A program made the position numbers and the translations under genes. The notes beneath the pieces were generated by a model. That model made no database searches. It worked only from the letters and a program-made list of their open reading frames with translations, and was not told where the DNA came from. A stretch of 60,223 nt of DNA, filler included, from Coriobacteriales bacterium (GTDB lineage Bacteria; Actinomycetota; Coriobacteriia; Coriobacteriales; UBA8131), in the NCBI GenBank assembly GCA_031263105.1. It is 7 parts of 7 records of this genome, joined end to end, with 100 filler letters (N's around TTAATTAATTAA, not from the genome) between each part and the next. Parts side by side here need not be neighbours in the genome. Positions count along the whole stretch, not along the records: positions 26,610 to 37,578 come from JAISGJ010000212.1; positions 37,679 to 43,825 come from JAISGJ010000215.1; 5 more parts are not named here. One strand, given 5' to 3'. Each line of letters begins with the position of its first letter. The stretch's first letter is position 1. Shown piece by piece: positions 27,966 to 41,703 of the stretch.

Positions 27966-29456
27966 TCACTCCTCTCCCCGGCCCTCCTCCTCGCGGTCGC
28001 GTTCGACGGCCTCGCTGCGGTAGGACTCCCAGCCGCGCTCGCCGGGCGTGAAGAACGCACCCTTCTCCAGGCCGTCCGGCAGGTACTGCTGCGTAAGCCA
28101 GCCCCGCGCGTCGGTGTGCGGGTAGCGGTAGGGGGCGTAGGCCTCGGCACCTGGGCGGTGGCGGTCGCGCAGATGGTTGGGCACCGTGCGCAAAGGGCCG
28201 CTCTTGACCTCGCCGAGCGCACGGTATATGGCGTTGGTCGCGCTGTTGGACTTGGGGGCGAGCGCCATGTAGAGGGCAGCCTGCGAGAGGTTGAGCTGGC
28301 ACTCGGGATACCCGATGGACTCGGCAGCCTTGAACGCGGCCTGGGCGACGAGCAACGCCTGGGGGTCCGCGTTGCCGACGTCCTCGCTCGCGAAGATGAG
28401 GATGCGGCGCGCGATGAACTTGGGGTCCTCCCCGCCCTCGATCATGCGGGCGAGCCAGTAGACCGCCGCGTCGGGGTCGCTGCCCCGCATGGACTTGATG
28501 AAGGCGGAGATGACGTCGTAGTGGACGTCGCCCTTCCTGTCGTAGGGGAGCATGCGCCGTGGCGACGCCTCGAGGACCGCCCGCGTCGTGATGGCGGGCA
28601 GCGCAGGCGCATCCCCGGTCTTATCCCCATTCCCAGCGTCCGCGCCCCCGGCGTCATCCCCAGCATCGGCATCCGCGCCCCCGGCGTCCCCGGCCTCGGC
28701 CTCTTCGTCCCCAGCGTCCGCGCCCCCCGCATCCCCGCCCTCGAACTCCAGGCGCTCCTCGCTCGTAAGGGCCTCGGGCACACGGGCGACCTCGGCGGCG
28801 AGCTCGAGCGTGGTCAGCGCCATGCGCGCGTCCCCGCCGGACATGACCGCGATGGCGGCGAGCGCCGCGTCGCTGAGGCGGTAGGCGCCGGCCAGGCCTC
28901 GCTCGTCGACGAGCGCGCGTTCGATGACGCGCTCGATGTCCGCACGGGAGAGCTCCTTGAACTCGATGACGCGGGAACGCGAGATCAGTGCGCTGTTGAC
29001 CTCGAAGAAGGGGTTCTCCGTGGTCGCGCCGATGAGGATGACCACACGGTCCTCGACGGCATGCAGCAAGGCGTCCTGCTGCGAGCGCGAGAAGCGGTGG
29101 ATCTCGTCGACGAAGAGGATGGTGCGCAGGTTCTGGAGCGTCAGGCGCTGCGACGCCTCGTGTATCACGCGGCGCAGGTCGCCCACGCCCCCGCTGATGG
29201 CGGAGACCTCGGTGAAATGGGCCTGCGTGGCCCGGGCGACGATACGCGCGAGCGTGGTCTTGCCGGTGCCCGCAGGCCCGTAGAGGATGAGGGGCGAGAG
29301 GCTGTCTGCCTCGATGGCGTTGCGCAGCCACGTGCCCTCGCCGACGACCTCGAGCTGCCCCACCAGCTCCTCAAGGGTGGCGGGGCGCATCCGTACCGCC
29401 AAAGGCGCGACGCTGCCCAGGGCATCGTATTCCAAGGATGAGAACAGGGTTTCCAT
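27966..29456 (-). CDS. rarA: Replication-associated recombination protein A
   Basis: PLAVRMRP, GPAGTGKT, VDEIHRF, GATTENP and ISAFIKSMRGSDPDA motifs. Confidence 0.95.
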   Translation of the reverse strand: METLFSSLEYDALGSVAPLAVRMRPATLEELVGQLEVVGEGTWLRNAIEADSLSPLILYGPAGTGKTTLARIVARATQAHFTEVSAISGGVGDLRRVIHEASQRLTLQNLRTILFVDEIHRFSRSQQDALLHAVEDRVVILIGATTENPFFEVNSALISRSRVIEFKELSRADIERVIERALVDERGLAGAYRLSDAALAAIAVMSGGDARMALTTLELAAEVARVPEALTSEERLEFEGGDAGGADAGDEEAEAGDAGGADADAGDDAGGADAGNGDKTGDAPALPAITTRAVLEASPRRMLPYDRKGDVHYDVISAFIKSMRGSDPDAAVYWLARMIEGGEDPKFIARRILIFASEDVGNADPQALLVAQAAFKAAESIGYPECQLNLSQAALYMALAPKSNSATNAIYRALGEVKSGPLRTVPNHLRDRHRPGAEAYAPYRYPHTDARGWLTQQYLPDGLEKGAFFTPGERGWESYRSEAVERDREEEGRGEE

Positions 29457-29529
29457 GCGCCCCATTATAGACCGTGCGCCGTGCGGCGCATACCGCAGAC
29501 GACAACCGTGCGTTGCAACCGTGCCCCAC

Positions 29530-29706
29530 GTTACTGGTCACACCCTCCACGGACACCCCCACTGTCATTCCGAGCCCGTCGAGGAATCTTCGACCGCGCC
29601 AACGGTCGACCGCAGGTCGGGGGGGCCCCTGACCTACCGTTGGACACTGCGTGTCCAAGGATTCCTCGGCGGAGCTCGGAATGACAGTGGGGGTGCGAGC
29701 CGTAAC
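29530..29706. mobile_element. Palindromic MITE, copy 6, with 7/8 target duplication
   Basis: GTTAC...GTAAC termini; flanks TGCCCCAC and TGCGCCAC. Confidence 0.88.
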
Positions 29707-29869
29707 TGCGCCACATGCCATATGCGGCACCGCGCATCCAAGCGATTGCCTGCATGGGGACAAACGGGTACTATTTCTAGGGAAGCGTCGATCTGCTCAT
29801 TATGCGCCATCTGGCACACAGGTGATTAACCGACACTTCCCCGGGCAACTCCCTAGTGAGGGGTGTCAC

Positions 29870-32710
29870 ATGAGCAACAAAAAACAGAACAGGCTGGCGC
29901 TGATTCTTTTTGTCGGTTCAGCATCCATACTTTTTGCCCTCGCCATCTACACCAGTGTGATGATGGACTCCATCTCGACCTTCCTCAAAGCAGACATCCA
30001 AGAACGGCTCCTCTCCGTCAGCAGGTTGGCGGCCCTGCAGGTAACTCCCGAGGAGCTTGCGCAACTGGACTCGCCGGACGACGTCGGAACGCCCCTGTTC
30101 GCAGATGTCAAAGAGCGCCTCATGGCGTTCGGCGAGGAGAACGACATCGTCTTCGTCTACTACATGCGCAAGACAGACGAAGGGCTGTACCGGTTCATCG
30201 TCGACAACGACACCACGGCCGATACGGTCGACCTCACGACCGAGCCCATCGAAGCGGAACCCGGCCCGGACCTTGCCAGCGAGGGCACGCCGACGACATC
30301 GGGGATCGAGAACTACTCCGTCGGCTACGAGGGCCTGCTCTCTGCCTTTGCCCCTGTCTATGGCCGGCAGGGCGAGGTCGTCGCCGTCGTGGGCGTCGAC
30401 ATAAGCGACGAGCAGATACTCGCGGTGAGCAACCTTACGCGCACCCTCATCATCCTTCTCATCGTCAGCGCTCTGTTCGTCGTGGCAAGCGGCCTGACGA
30501 ACGTCTACCTGCATGTCCGCAGGCAGAACCGCCTGAGCTCGAACCTTGAGCAGCAGAAGCTTATGGCCGACATATCCCAGAGCTTCATCTCTGACGAGCC
30601 GATAGGCATCCTCATCGAGGACGCCCTGCGCAACGTGGGGACCTTCCTCAGGGCCGACCGCTGCCTCATCAGCACCATCGGCGACCCCAGGGCCATGCAT
30701 CCGACAGACGAACATTCGACGGACGATGCCAACGAGAGTACGGAAGATGCCCTCCGCCTGACCCACCTGTGGTCCGCCTCGGAAGACCTTCGCGAGACAC
30801 AGGCATCCGCACAGGCATCCGATGTCCTGAGAGCCCTCTCCGGTGACGTCTTTCCCTCGACGACAGCCGAGGCCGAGGCGGTGCCGCCGTTCTCCTACAA
30901 CGACCTCGACGGCCTCGGCCATGCCGACAGCGCCCAGCGTCTCCTGCTGGAGCGGGCCGGGCTCAAGTCCTTCCTCATGGCCCCTCTCTATATCAAAGGG
31001 AGGCTCTGGGGCATCCTCACCATCGAGTCCCACGAGCAGAGCCGGCACTGGGGCGATACCGAGTCCCAGCTGGTCACCACCGTGAGCAGCGCCATCGTCG
31101 GCTCGATCTCCCGCGACCTCATCGAGAAGGAACGTACCGCCGCACTGGAGCATGCCATGTTGGCGAGCCAGGCGAAGGGCAACTTCCTCTCCAATATGAG
31201 CCACGAGATGCGCACGCCGATGAACGCCATCACCGGCATGTCGACCATAGGCCTGGGCGCCACGGAGATCGAACGCAAGGACTATTGCTTCGAACGCATC
31301 AAAGACGCGTCCATCCACCTGCTCGGCATCATCAACGACGTGCTCGACATGTCCAAGATAGAGGCGAACAAGCTCGAGCTGTCCTACGTGAGCTTCAACT
31401 TCAAGCGGATGATCGAACGGGTCACCAGCGTCATAGGCTTCCGCGTCGAGGAGCGGAACCTGACGCTCGACATCGACCTGGACGACCGCATCCCAGAAAA
31501 CATCGTCACCGATGACCAGCGCCTGGCACAGGTGATCACAAACCTGCTCTCCAACGCAGTGAAGTTCACGCCCGAAGGCGGAAACATCTCCTTGGACACG
31601 GCGTTGGTCGGCGAGGAGGACGGGACCCTCACCTTGCAGGTCGCCGTGAGCGACACGGGCATCGGCATCAGCGCCGAGCAGCAGTCACGTCTGTTCACCT
31701 CGTTCGAACAGGCGGACAGCGGCACGGCACGGCGCTTCGGCGGCACCGGCCTGGGCCTGGCCATCTCGAAGCGCATCGTGGAGCTCATGGGCGGCAGCAT
31801 CTGGATAGAGTCGGAACTGGGCAAGGGCTCGGCCTTCAAGTTCACCATCCAGGTGCGACGTGGGAAGGACGAGGGACACAACTACCTGCCGGCGGAGGTC
31901 AACTGGGACAACGTCCGCATACTTGCCGTAGACGATGCCGAGGAGACCCGCGAGTACTTCCAGAACATGGCCGCGAAGTTCAACGTCTCCTGCGACACCG
32001 CCTCCGACGGGGAGGAGGCGCTTGCCTCCATTGCCCATTCCGGCAGTTACGACATCTACTTCATCGACCTGCGGATGCCCGACATGGACGGCATCGAACT
32101 CACGCGGCGCGTCAAGTCCGATGTCGACAAGAACGCCATGGTGATAATGGCCACGGCGACCGACTGGAGCGAAATAAAAGGCGATGCCATGGAGGCAGGG
32201 GTCGACCGCTATGTGCAGAAGCCGCTTTCGGCCTCCAGCATCGCCGACTGCCTGAACGAGCTGTTCTCACTCAACGCACAGCGACAGATCGGAGAACAGG
32301 ACACCGAGCCTCCCGACCTCAGCGCCTACCGCGTACTGATTGCCGAGGACATGGAGATCAACCGCGAGATCGTCGCAGCGCTGCTGGAGCCCACCGGCCT
32401 GCAAATGGAGTGCGCCGAGAACGGCGAGATAGCGCTGAGGATGTTCGAGGACGACCCCACGCGCTACAACCTCATATTCATGGACATGCAGATGCCCGAG
32501 ATGGACGGGCTTGAGGCGACCCGGCGCATCCGTGCTCTGGGATCCCCCCAGGCAACGGGCGTCCCCATCGTCGCAATGACGGCCAACGTGTTCCGCGAGG
32601 ACGTGGAGAGCTGCTTTGCCGCCGGGATGAACGACCATGTGGGCAAGCCGCTCGACCTTCCCGAGGTCATCTCCGTGCTCAGGAAGTGGCTTGCCCCTGC
32701 AGGAGCGTAG
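29870..32710 (+). CDS. Hybrid sensor histidine kinase (2 TM, GAF, HisKA, HATPase, two receiver domains)
   Basis: MSHEMRTP, NLLSNAVKFT, DTGIG and GGTGLGL motifs; two REC domains (IDLRMP, MDMQMP). Confidence 0.93.
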   Translation: MSNKKQNRLALILFVGSASILFALAIYTSVMMDSISTFLKADIQERLLSVSRLAALQVTPEELAQLDSPDDVGTPLFADVKERLMAFGEENDIVFVYYMRKTDEGLYRFIVDNDTTADTVDLTTEPIEAEPGPDLASEGTPTTSGIENYSVGYEGLLSAFAPVYGRQGEVVAVVGVDISDEQILAVSNLTRTLIILLIVSALFVVASGLTNVYLHVRRQNRLSSNLEQQKLMADISQSFISDEPIGILIEDALRNVGTFLRADRCLISTIGDPRAMHPTDEHSTDDANESTEDALRLTHLWSASEDLRETQASAQASDVLRALSGDVFPSTTAEAEAVPPFSYNDLDGLGHADSAQRLLLERAGLKSFLMAPLYIKGRLWGILTIESHEQSRHWGDTESQLVTTVSSAIVGSISRDLIEKERTAALEHAMLASQAKGNFLSNMSHEMRTPMNAITGMSTIGLGATEIERKDYCFERIKDASIHLLGIINDVLDMSKIEANKLELSYVSFNFKRMIERVTSVIGFRVEERNLTLDIDLDDRIPENIVTDDQRLAQVITNLLSNAVKFTPEGGNISLDTALVGEEDGTLTLQVAVSDTGIGISAEQQSRLFTSFEQADSGTARRFGGTGLGLAISKRIVELMGGSIWIESELGKGSAFKFTIQVRRGKDEGHNYLPAEVNWDNVRILAVDDAEETREYFQNMAAKFNVSCDTASDGEEALASIAHSGSYDIYFIDLRMPDMDGIELTRRVKSDVDKNAMVIMATATDWSEIKGDAMEAGVDRYVQKPLSASSIADCLNELFSLNAQRQIGEQDTEPPDLSAYRVLIAEDMEINREIVAALLEPTGLQMECAENGEIALRMFEDDPTRYNLIFMDMQMPEMDGLEATRRIRALGSPQATGVPIVAMTANVFREDVESCFAAGMNDHVGKPLDLPEVISVLRKWLAPAGA

Positions 32711-32750
32711 GAGAGGCGGCGGAACCGGGGCTATGGCCCCGAAACCAATA

Positions 32751-32784
32751 AACGCCTCCGGCCCTGTCTCATGCCGGAGGCGTT
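32751..32784. terminator. Hairpin between the convergent kinase gene and 6S RNA
   Basis: AACGCCTCCGGC / GCCGGAGGCGTT 12-bp stem. Confidence 0.6.
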
Positions 32785-32790
32785 GTCGTC

Positions 32791-32958
32791 AAAACCCCAT
32801 CCTCAAGCCGGAAGGATGAACCCACCTAAAAAGGTGGGTACCCGAACAACGGTTTCCAGCTTCCTCAGCAAAGGAGGATTCCTGTACGCCGCCGTATCCG
32901 GGCTCCCTATTCGCGCATGTCGGTCCATCGAATGAACCGGTCTTGAGAATGAGGCTGT
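32791..32958 (-). ncRNA. ssrS: 6S RNA
   Basis: Closing stem GCCTCATTCTCAAGACCGG pairing with CCGGCTTGAGGATGGGGT; conserved GGGAGCC, GGCGGCG and GGGTACCCACCT motifs; upstream TTGCGG-16-TATACT promoter. Confidence 0.8.
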
Positions 32959-33005
32959 TAAGAGTATAACGCGAAACGCGGTTTCCGCAAGCACCTTTCG
33001 CCCGA

Positions 33006-33623
33006 TTAACGACCCGCGTCCGACTCCGAGGGAGATTCCGAGGGAAGCACCGGCCGATGCCTGTGTCCGCCCGGAGCCGTGCGGCCCAGGGCGACGCGTA
33101 TGGGCTTGGCGCAGGCAAAGGCGGCGGCAGCCTTGACGACATCCGGCACGAGGAAGGGCAGCACACAGGCGGCCAGGGCGGCAGGAAGCGAGGTGTCGGT
33201 CGAAAAGGCGAACCACCAGGTGCCTGCCGCATAGTAGACAATGGCCGCCACTGCGACGAGCAGCACGTCGAGCGCCACGGCCAGACGCGGGCCCAACTCC
33301 CAGCGCACGAAGAGGACACGCAGCAGGACGACGAGGAGCGCGGCGACGAGATAGCCGAGGAGAAAGCCGCCCGTAGGGCCGAGCAGCACACCGAAGCCGC
33401 CGCGCAGACCCGAGAAGACCGGCAGCCCCACGGCACCGAGGACAAGGTAGCCCCCCACCGCAGCAACTGCCTCGGCGGGGGTCAACACGAGCAGGAGAAG
33501 GAAGAGCATCAGGGTCTGCAAGGTGAACGGGATGGCACCGAGCGGAACCTGTATCGCCGCGCCGACCGACAGCAGGGCTATCGAGAGCCCGCAGAGGGCC
33601 ATCGAGCGGGTGCGGCCGTGCAA
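33006..33623 (-). CDS. bioY: Biotin ECF transporter S component
   Basis: IPFTLQT, GLPVFSG, GPTGGFLLGY and PFLVPDVVK motifs. Confidence 0.92.
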   Translation of the reverse strand: MHGRTRSMALCGLSIALLSVGAAIQVPLGAIPFTLQTLMLFLLLLVLTPAEAVAAVGGYLVLGAVGLPVFSGLRGGFGVLLGPTGGFLLGYLVAALLVVLLRVLFVRWELGPRLAVALDVLLVAVAAIVYYAAGTWWFAFSTDTSLPAALAACVLPFLVPDVVKAAAAFACAKPIRVALGRTAPGGHRHRPVLPSESPSESDAGR

Positions 33624-33625
33624 AG

Positions 33626-37528
<3,903 letters not shown>

Positions 37529-37578
37529 AGTGACTGCCGGGGGCCGCACAGCGAATGCGAAGCCCCCGGAATGGCGCT

Positions 37579-37678
37579 NNNNNNNNNNNNNNNNNNNNNN
37601 NNNNNNNNNNNNNNNNNNNNNNTTAATTAATTAANNNNNNNNNNNNNNNNNNNNNNNNNNNNNNNNNNNNNNNNNNNN
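37579..37678. other. Artificial contig linker
   Basis: N-TTAATTAATTAA-N. Confidence 0.99.
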
Positions 37679-37839
37679 CCATCCCATGCCCTCACGATAA
37701 TCGTTTGGTACCTTAACGCTAACGTGGCGGACATACTCGCGTTCTGGGTGGGGTTATTTAAGGGTGGCGGCAACGACCCTCTATAACGTTGGAAGCCCCC
37801 CCCCCCCCCCCCTGCCACCAATCACGACCTGCTACAATC

Positions 37840-38154
37840 GGCCTCTCGAACCTTGCGCTCCGTCAGTGGATGCGGGAGAACGGCATAACCGCTCGGGGCA
37901 CGGGGCGGGAGCCCGAGGACCACATAGGCAAGATGCTGCTGCTCGCAGGCTGGCTGGCCGTCGAGAAGCCCGAGCTTGTGGACGGATTTCTGGCCGAGCA
38001 TCTTGCCCCCTGGGCCTTCCGCTACCTCGAGCTGCTCGAAGAGGATGCGGCCCAGCCCTTCTATCGCGGTCTTGCGGTGCTCGCCGACACGACGCTTCGC
38101 GCGATCGTGGACGAGCTCGGCGTCAGGATCCACAAGAAGCGGCTGTACCTCTAG
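37840..38154 (+). CDS. TorD/DmsD-family molybdoenzyme chaperone, 5'-partial
   Basis: EPEDHIG, FLAEHLAPW and FYRGLA motifs; the 5' part is lost in low-quality contig start. Confidence 0.8.
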   Translation, partial: GLSNLALRQWMRENGITARGTGREPEDHIGKMLLLAGWLAVEKPELVDGFLAEHLAPWAFRYLELLEEDAAQPFYRGLAVLADTTLRAIVDELGVRIHKKRLYL

Positions 38155-38285
38155 GGAGACGGGTGGGGCAGGGGGGCGCGTGCCCGCAGGCGCGTGCCCG
38201 CCCTCATCCCGCTTTCCTGCCTCTCCCTCATGGTGCCGCCCCGTGCTGTCCCGTGTCGTCTTGAGAAGAGGGGAGTGTAGGCAGT

Positions 38286-38987
38286 ATGTCTCTGATTGTA
38301 TCGCTCGTTACGGCGGCAGCGCTGGCGCTCGTCCTGCGCAGGCCGCTCAGCACGGTGTCGGCTTCCTGCTATGTGGCAGCGGCGCTGCTTGGCGCCGCCG
38401 GCACCTACTTCACCTTGAACCCGCAGCCGTTCCCGGCGATGAGGGCGGGCGTCTCCGTCATACAGAGGGGTCAGCTGGGATTCGGCCTCTTCGCCGTCGT
38501 CATGTTCGTCGGGGCCTTCGGGAAGGACTCCGCCGTCTATGGGCGCCTCGCCCCCGTGCGGGCTGAGCTCTCGATTGTCGCGTCGATTCTCACCATCGGG
38601 CATTTCGCCCTCTACCTGGGGAACTACCTGCGCCTGCTGCAAGGGCTTCTCGGCCTGCCTCCGAGCGTCGTGTCCTCGCTTGCTGTCGCCCTCGTCCTGC
38701 TCGTTCTCTTGACGGTGCTGAGCGTGACGTCACTGAGAGTCGTCAAGAAACATATGGGTGCCGTCGGCTGGAAGAGGCTGCAGCGCCTTGCCTACCCGTT
38801 CTTCGCCCTCATCTGGCTGCACCTGCTTGGCTTCCTCGCAGTGCCCGCCTCCCACGGCTCGATGCCCGCCCTCCTCGACCTCTGCACCTACACGCTCGTG
38901 TTCCTCGCCTATGCGGCACTGCGGATCCGGCAGGCACTCATCGCCCGAGAGGCGCGCATGCCGCACACAGGGAGAGTCGGGAGCTGA
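38286..38987 (+). CDS. Ferric reductase-like / MsrQ(YedZ)-like heme membrane protein
   Basis: Multi-TM; RAELSI...GH, SVTS and WKRLQRLAY...H motifs. Confidence 0.8.
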   Translation: MSLIVSLVTAAALALVLRRPLSTVSASCYVAAALLGAAGTYFTLNPQPFPAMRAGVSVIQRGQLGFGLFAVVMFVGAFGKDSAVYGRLAPVRAELSIVASILTIGHFALYLGNYLRLLQGLLGLPPSVVSSLAVALVLLVLLTVLSVTSLRVVKKHMGAVGWKRLQRLAYPFFALIWLHLLGFLAVPASHGSMPALLDLCTYTLVFLAYAALRIRQALIAREARMPHTGRVGS

Positions 38988-38997
38988 CGCAGAGCGC

Positions 38998-39393
38998 CTA
39001 TCGTCTGCCCACGACCCTGACGGTCTGGCCGTAGGCGGCAAGCGCCTGGTCGGTGGTCACGAGCAGCATGCCCTCGCAGATGCTCTGGGCGACCATGATA
39101 CGGTCGAAGGGGTCCTTGTGCCCCGGGACGTCAATGAGGAAGGCCGTCTGATGGGCGTGCTCGGGGGCGATGCCAAGGGGCCGGTACCCCTGCCGCAGCA
39201 GTTCGTTCTCAAAGGCCTTCGTGGGCATATTGAGTTCGAGCTTGCCGGATCTGGCTTTTATGGTGATCTCCCAGATCGCCGCAGAGCTGTAGTGCACCTC
39301 GTTGCCCAGGTCGTTGATCAGCGCGTCCGCTTCCTTGGGGAGCTCCCCCAAGGCCCCGAAGAGCAGCACGTTGGTGTCCAGGAGCAGCCTCAT
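38998..39393 (-). CDS. VapC-family PIN-domain toxin
   Basis: LLLDTN, WEITIK, HKDPFDRIMVAQ and LVTTD motifs. Confidence 0.92.
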   Translation of the reverse strand: MRLLLDTNVLLFGALGELPKEADALINDLGNEVHYSSAAIWEITIKARSGKLELNMPTKAFENELLRQGYRPLGIAPEHAHQTAFLIDVPGHKDPFDRIMVAQSICEGMLLVTTDQALAAYGQTVRVVGRR

Positions 39394-39396
39394 GGC

Positions 39397-39642
39397 TCAC
39401 TCGCCCTCGAACATCGCGGCGATCTCGTTCTGCATCGCCGTGTCGAAGTCCTCCGGCACGGTGAATGCGCCCTTCAGGAAGCCCGTGCGCCTTGGGCTGC
39501 GTGCATCCGGCGTCTCGACATAGGGGCTTACGAGGGCCACCGGCTTGCCTGCCTTGGCGATGACGAAGGACTCGCCGCCCCTCGTCTTTTCCAGCAGGGC
39601 CGAGAGGTTCGTCTTGGCCTCATGGGTGTTGACCTGTCTCAT
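39397..39642 (-). CDS. Phd/YefM-family antitoxin
   Basis: VNTHEAKTNLSALL...IAKAGKPVA. Confidence 0.92.
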   Translation of the reverse strand: MRQVNTHEAKTNLSALLEKTRGGESFVIAKAGKPVALVSPYVETPDARSPRRTGFLKGAFTVPEDFDTAMQNEIAAMFEGE

Positions 39643-39721
39643 GGCATCTTCCTTAGTCTAGCTAACAGAACTAAGTTTAAGTGCCGCAAGCAGCCCTGTC
39701 AACTCGTCGTACTCTTAGGAA

Positions 39722-39928
39722 GTTACTGTTCACACCCCCAGTTACTGTTCACACCCCACTGTCTGTTCACACCCCACTGTCATCCCGAGCCTGCCGAGGG
39801 ATCCTCGGCCGCGCCAGCGGCCGACCGCAGGTCGAAGGCCATCCTGATCTGCGGTTGGACACTGCGTGCCCAAGGATTCTCACGCTGCGCGCCCTTGCGG
39901 GCGCTCCGCTCAGAATGACAGTAGTAGC
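39722..39928. mobile_element. Palindromic MITE, copy 7, with triplicated left terminus
   Basis: GTTACTGTTCACACCCC twice plus a third CTGTTCACACCCC; flanks CTTAGGAA and ATTAGGAG (6/8). Confidence 0.82.
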
Positions 39929-40091
39929 ATTAGGAGCTGCATTAGGAGCTGTCGGGGCATTGGAAAGTGCCTTTGTCGCTGGGCAAGGCGGGGAAGTGTG
40001 GTACTATCAACCTGCTGCTCCACGGGAGCTTTTGGAGCGCTTTTGCAAAAGGCATCTCGGTGATGTCGCAAAGAGAAGAGAGGGGATCAAG

Positions 40092-40871
40092 ATGACACAA
40101 TCGATCAAGAAGAAGGCCTTGGCGTTCGTGGTCAGCGCCTGCCTTGTGCTGGCAGTGCCCGGCACGGCTTTGGGCGCCTCGCCAAGCCCCGAGACAGCCC
40201 CAAGTGACGCCGTCGTCACGTTCAGCGCCCAAGATTCCGGGAGCCTGTCGACGCTGGCAGTCGCCAGCAAAAGGGTGTCCGGCAGGGGCGCCAACAGCTC
40301 GAAGACCGTCGCCCTCACGAAGGGAGTATGGGCGGTCTCATACCAGTACACGAGAAACTACGCCAGCTACGGTAGCGGCGGCACATACTTCTCGGCCTAC
40401 CTTGACAGCAACAAGTTGAGCTACAGGAAATCCTTGACAGACAACAGAAGTGCCGTGACGGGAAAGGGCAGGCACAACATCCTCATCACTGATGCAGGCA
40501 GATATTGGGTCGATGTCTCTTCTGCGTCTGCACGCGCGAACTGGGTCGTGGTCTTCACCAAGGTCGGCCTGACGACAGCCAAGAAGTTCAGCGGCGTTGG
40601 CGAGGCCGACACCAAGCGCTTCAAGCTGCAGGCTGGGAAAACCTACCGATTCACGGTCAAATACAGCGGCAACCGGGACACCTTTGGAGCATCGAACTTC
40701 ATAGTCTGGCTGACGGGTAGCAGCAGCTCGTCATACGGCAAGCTGTTGGTAAACGACATCAGGGTGGGCAGGACCGTCACAAAGCTCATCAAGATCACCA
40801 AAACCGACTACTATTGGCTCAACATCGATTCGGCGCTCCCAAAGGCCAAATGGACGGCTGCATTCAGATGA
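40092..40871 (+). CDS. Secreted hypothetical protein with two similar beta-rich modules
   Basis: Signal peptide KKK-h-region-ALGA; repeated pattern (ITDAGRYWVDVSSA..ANW and ITKTDYYWLNIDSA..AKW). Confidence 0.75.
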   Translation: MTQSIKKKALAFVVSACLVLAVPGTALGASPSPETAPSDAVVTFSAQDSGSLSTLAVASKRVSGRGANSSKTVALTKGVWAVSYQYTRNYASYGSGGTYFSAYLDSNKLSYRKSLTDNRSAVTGKGRHNILITDAGRYWVDVSSASARANWVVVFTKVGLTTAKKFSGVGEADTKRFKLQAGKTYRFTVKYSGNRDTFGASNFIVWLTGSSSSSYGKLLVNDIRVGRTVTKLIKITKTDYYWLNIDSALPKAKWTAAFR

Positions 40872-40902
40872 TGAGACGCCGGCTCCCCTCCTTTTGGCGT
40901 TT

Positions 40903-41622
40903 TCATAGGTAGTGTGCCAGCTTGTAGCCTATGCGCCAGACGGTGACGAGGTATCTGGGCTCGGAGGGGTCGTCCTCTATCTTCTCGCGTATCTTGCGGA
41001 CGAATACCGTGACGCTGTTGGGGTCGGCGACCTCTTTGTCGCCCCAGACGTGCTCGAGTATCTGCTCGCGTGTGAAGACGCTGCCGGGGTCGGTTGCCAG
41101 CAGCTCCAGGAGCTCGAACTCCCGTGACGACAGGGCGACCGGCTCTCCGCGCAGGCGCACGTCGTACTTCCCGAAGAACAGCTCGAGCTCGCCGATGCGG
41201 TAGCTCCTCGGCCTCTGTGGCTCCGTGCCTCCTGTGCCGCCCTCGCCGGTGCCGCCCGTGCGCTTCCTGCGCAGCTGGGCCTTGATGCGCAGCAGCAGCT
41301 CCTCGGCCAAGAAGGGCTTGACAAGGTAGTCGTCGGCGCCCGCCTTGAAGCCGATGCTCTTGTCGACGATGTCGCCTTTGGCGGTGAGGAAGATGATGGA
41401 GACCTTGCGCTTCTCCTCGCGGATCATCTCGCAGAGCTCGAAGCCGTTGACATCGGGGAGCATGACATCGAGGATGAGGAGGTCGGGACGCTCCTTGCGC
41501 ACCATCTCCATGCCGGTCCCTCCGTCCGAGGCGCAGCAGAAGTCGTAGCCCTCGCGCTGCACGATCTGCTCGATGAGCGTCTGCAGGCTCCGGTCGTCAT
41601 CGATCAGCATGATCTTCGTCAT
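40903..41622 (-). CDS. OmpR-family response regulator
   Basis: IDDD, LDVMLP, GADDYLVKPF; winged helix TVWRIGY. Confidence 0.93.
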   Translation of the reverse strand: MTKIMLIDDDRSLQTLIEQIVQREGYDFCCASDGGTGMEMVRKERPDLLILDVMLPDVNGFELCEMIREEKRKVSIIFLTAKGDIVDKSIGFKAGADDYLVKPFLAEELLLRIKAQLRRKRTGGTGEGGTGGTEPQRPRSYRIGELELFFGKYDVRLRGEPVALSSREFELLELLATDPGSVFTREQILEHVWGDKEVADPNSVTVFVRKIREKIEDDPSEPRYLVTVWRIGYKLAHYL

Positions 41623-41703
41623 CGGTGTCTCCTTCTCGGGCGGGCCTGTCCGGTTTGGGCGGGCCTGTCGTGCCGCACCCGGCCCAAACCCGGCCAACCC
41701 GCT

